A stretch of DNA of 64,000 nucleotides from an uncultured Candidatus Peribacteria bacterium (GTDB lineage: Bacteria > Patescibacteriota > Gracilibacteria > UBA4473). A program made the translations under genes and the position numbers. The notes below the pieces were generated by a model. It did not search any database and was not told the DNA's origin. It saw nothing but the letters and a program-made list of their open reading frames with translations. Location of the stretch: the NCBI GenBank assembly GCA_964344775.1, contig CAYFOO010000001.1, positions 13,087 to 77,086 on the forward strand, in the 5' to 3' direction. Shown in pieces: positions 61,372 through 64,000 of the stretch (the stretch's first letter is position 1; each line of letters opens with the position of its first letter).

Positions 61372-61704
61372 ATGAAAGCACATCTGAGAGGAATTCGAAT
61401 TTCACCGAAAAAAGCCAATGTAGTGGCTGGATTGGTTCGTGAGAAGAAAGCTTTGGAAGCTTTGGAAATTTTGAAATTCACTCCCAAAAAAGCAGCAAAA
61501 GTGTTGTACAAAGTACTTCATTCAGCAGTAGCCAATGCGGAAGGAAACGACAAAAAGAAAAAAGAAGACCTGCAAATAAAAGATATCACCGTAAACAAAG
61601 GGCCGGTTTACAAAAGGTATCTTCCTTCTACCCGAGGAAGGGCATTGCCAATTCAAAAACCTACTTCACATATTTCTATTGAGTTGGAAGTACCAAATTC
61701 ATAA
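61372..61704 (+). CDS. rplV: 50S ribosomal protein L22
   Basis: 110 aa (RISPKKANVVAGLVREKKALEAL...). Confidence 0.9.
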   Translation: MKAHLRGIRISPKKANVVAGLVREKKALEALEILKFTPKKAAKVLYKVLHSAVANAEGNDKKKKEDLQIKDITVNKGPVYKRYLPSTRGRALPIQKPTSHISIELEVPNS

Positions 61705-61719
61705 TTTCATCAAAAAAAC

Positions 61720-62364
61720 ATGGGAAAAAAAGTTAGTCCGATATCTCTCCGAATAGGAATCACCCGAACTTGGGATTCTCTCTGGTACGATCGAAAGAAT
61801 TTTGCTCAAAAGTTTCTCCAGGACATCGCTATTCGGAAGTTTCTCAAAGAAAAAGGCAAGGAAGCGGGTATCGCAAAAATAGAAATTCACAGACATCCAG
61901 GAAAAACAGCGATCATCGTCCACTGCGGAAAACCGGGAATTATCATTGGTCGAAGCGGTGAAAATGTAGAATTACTTACCAAAGAATTGCGATCAAAGTT
62001 CGGAGAAGCGTTTGAACTTTCTATTCAAGAAATCCGAAAACCGGATGGGAATGCAGAGCTTGTAGCGGCTTCTGTGGCAGATCAAATCTCTCGAAGGTTC
62101 CCATACCGTCGGGTAGCAAAAATGGCAATAGATCGAGCAAAGGAATCTGGAGCAAAAGGAATTAAAATCACCGTGAGTGGGCGTCTCAATGGAGTGGATA
62201 TTGCCCGAAGAGAAAGTTATGCCTTTGGAACCGTACCGCTTCATACTTTACGGGCAAACATTGATTATGCCACCGCTCGAGCAGAAACTACTTATGGAAC
62301 TATTGGGGTGAAGGTATGGATTTATCAGGGATTGGTTTTTAAAAACGAAAAATTGAACGGTTAA
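61720..62364 (+). CDS. rpsC: 30S ribosomal protein S3
   Basis: MGKKVSPISLRIGI..., a KH domain, and GRLNGVDIARRE. No L16 follows. Confidence 0.95.
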   Translation: MGKKVSPISLRIGITRTWDSLWYDRKNFAQKFLQDIAIRKFLKEKGKEAGIAKIEIHRHPGKTAIIVHCGKPGIIIGRSGENVELLTKELRSKFGEAFELSIQEIRKPDGNAELVAASVADQISRRFPYRRVAKMAIDRAKESGAKGIKITVSGRLNGVDIARRESYAFGTVPLHTLRANIDYATARAETTYGTIGVKVWIYQGLVFKNEKLNG

Positions 62365-62448
62365 TCTTTTTTGAAACGAAGAAATAGTGGGTATGCCAAA
62401 AATGCTCCAGCCTTTTTTGTTTTTTTGCTAAAAAACGCAAGGGGATAG

Positions 62449-62477
62449 TTGCTTTTTTGTTCTATTTATGGTATAAT
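62449..62477 (+). promoter_or_regulatory. sigma70-like promoter TTGCTT-17-TATAAT
   Basis: Counted spacing is 17 nt, 25 nt before the ATG at 62502. Confidence 0.5.
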
Positions 62478-62501
62478 GATTAGATAGGTAGTATCTAAAA
62501 A

Positions 62502-63965
62502 ATGCCCACTCCCTTCACTGGTGACGAAAATGAAGAAACTCAAAAAGGTTCTCAAAACCTCAATGAAGTTCTAAAAAATGATACCCATTTGCAATTGGAG
62601 GCTTTTGAAAGTGGGATGAAAGACTCGGAAAGAAAAACAGCACACCAAGAAAATCGAGAAAAGCGGGAAAGTTTGGCTAGGCTTGTTGAAGGGCATAACA
62701 CTTCTTCTGATTGGGAAAAAATTGATGGTGGTGCAGGAGATAATGAATTAGTTGGAGGAGCAGAAAATGATCGAGCTGAAACTGGAGATTTTGAGAATAT
62801 AAATAAAATAATCAGAGGGGACAGTCCTCAAGAAGGAGGTTGGGAAACAATTGTAGATACTCCACCCCGTGGAGTACGAATTGAATTTGATGAAAATAAC
62901 CCACAAGCTGAAAATATTCTTACTTACACTCAAAAAAGAGTAGAAGAAATTAATCACACCTGGCAATACGGTACATTTGATGAAAAATATCAAATTATAT
63001 TGACCGAAGGTCAAAGATTAGAAAATAAAAAAATTGAAATTGAAACAAGGAAAATAGACCAAAAAAGTAAGCGAAGGAAGGAAACATTAGATAGAAGGAT
63101 ACAAGAGATAAAAAATGATGAAAACAGATGGGATGCAACAAAATGGATTTTAACTACTTGGGAAACACAAGCATTTAACTGGAAAGAAAGCGATCTTATC
63201 GGAGCAGAAAACGCAGAAAAAGCACAATTAATCGCTAGTATAAGAAATGACAGCCATAGACAAAGGGCATGGGAAGCCGAGATACTTCGCAACAGACCTC
63301 CAGAAGAAGCTCATCGACTCATCCTGGCACGGAACCAATGGGTAATCAACGAAGTGGAAAGACATCACCAAGCTTACGTCCAGATTCAAATCAGAATAGC
63401 CAGAAGGGAAGAAGAAAAAAAAGAAACTACCGCACAAACCGCCGCAGATACTACAACTACAATTTCTCCAGATGAAAAAGCTGAAGAAAACACAAAGGAA
63501 AAAGAAGTACTCCCAGAAGAAATTGCAGAATTGCATCAAAAACAAAGAAATAGGGAGGGCACAGACGTACTTCTCGAGTCAAAACACCTCTGTCCTGGCA
63601 CACAAAGTATTAGACCTATCGGCGGGCAGCATTTTTATCGATCAAAAAATCTCTTTGAGTACCCAAATAACCCAAGTCAAACCTGTGCCGTAATATACAC
63701 TAGCACCACCACAGAAACCATCCCTATCGTCTGCTATCGAAAAAATGGCAGATGGATTCCCTCAAAAGGATTTAAAAATGCGGAAAAATACAATTGCTTC
63801 GAAAAAAATGAAAAAGGATTCCAATTGAAAATTGAAATTGCTGATCTACTAGAAAAAGACTACCTCCTCGGAGGAAGTGGAAACATCGTTTCTTCTGAAA
63901 TAGCACAACAAGAGCTGCAAGGTCTGACAACCCGACACAAACTGTACAAACAGTTTTACGCTTAA
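62502..63965 (+). CDS. hypothetical protein
   Basis: 487-aa ORF behind a TTGCTT-17-TATAAT promoter. It has a charged helical middle and a Cys-containing C-terminus. No signal peptide. Confidence 0.55.
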   Translation: MPTPFTGDENEETQKGSQNLNEVLKNDTHLQLEAFESGMKDSERKTAHQENREKRESLARLVEGHNTSSDWEKIDGGAGDNELVGGAENDRAETGDFENINKIIRGDSPQEGGWETIVDTPPRGVRIEFDENNPQAENILTYTQKRVEEINHTWQYGTFDEKYQIILTEGQRLENKKIEIETRKIDQKSKRRKETLDRRIQEIKNDENRWDATKWILTTWETQAFNWKESDLIGAENAEKAQLIASIRNDSHRQRAWEAEILRNRPPEEAHRLILARNQWVINEVERHHQAYVQIQIRIARREEEKKETTAQTAADTTTTISPDEKAEENTKEKEVLPEEIAELHQKQRNREGTDVLLESKHLCPGTQSIRPIGGQHFYRSKNLFEYPNNPSQTCAVIYTSTTTETIPIVCYRKNGRWIPSKGFKNAEKYNCFEKNEKGFQLKIEIADLLEKDYLLGGSGNIVSSEIAQQELQGLTTRHKLYKQFYA

Positions 63966-64000
63966 GTCTTGTAATTTGACTTTCCACAAAAAAAACATGG

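Overview
AT-rich bacterial chromosomal segment read under the standard genetic code. I saw no rRNA, tRNA or CRISPR array. I call about 67 protein genes.

Gene content:
- A broken ribosomal-protein cluster: L24-L5-S14-S8-L6-L18-S5-L15 on the minus strand (12.7-17.0 kb, no L30), S19-L22-S3 on the plus strand (61.0-62.4 kb), and a lone L27.
- Housekeeping genes: dnaK, dnaJ, gatCA, tilS, ssb, ndk, pyk, a PBP2-type transpeptidase and a class I LysRS.
- Isolated single biosynthetic genes: aroD, carA, serC, leuA, leuC, thrC, lysA.
- Hydrogenase-maturation genes (hypF, an endopeptidase, a HydB/AsrA-like Fe-S protein) with no catalytic subunits nearby.
- SLH-anchored cell-wall remodelling proteins, a VirD4/TraD-like ATPase, a RelE-type toxin-antitoxin pair, and several secreted hypothetical proteins.
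- The missing L30, divergent small proteins and SLH proteins fit a CPR/Patescibacteria-like (perhaps Peregrinibacteria-like) lineage. That placement is inference only.

Most notable observations:
1. Almost every intergenic spacer is built from in-phase degenerate tandem heptanucleotide arrays. GC-rich hairpin or perfect-palindrome modules are embedded in them.
2. Copies of both layers are also translated in frame inside conserved genes (carA, rpsE tail, hypF, tilS, an NDP-sugar transferase) and at several gene 3' ends.
3. A Leu-run leader peptide with competing antiterminator and terminator hairpins lies directly upstream of leuA.
4. serC sits on a sharply GC-rich island with its own SD and terminator.
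5. Class I LysRS is fused to a B3/4-type domain, next to lysA.
6. hypF has no canonical start codon ahead of its acylphosphatase motif.

All functional calls rest on motif recognition by eye. No database search or folding program was run. Domain boundaries and promoter calls are approximate.
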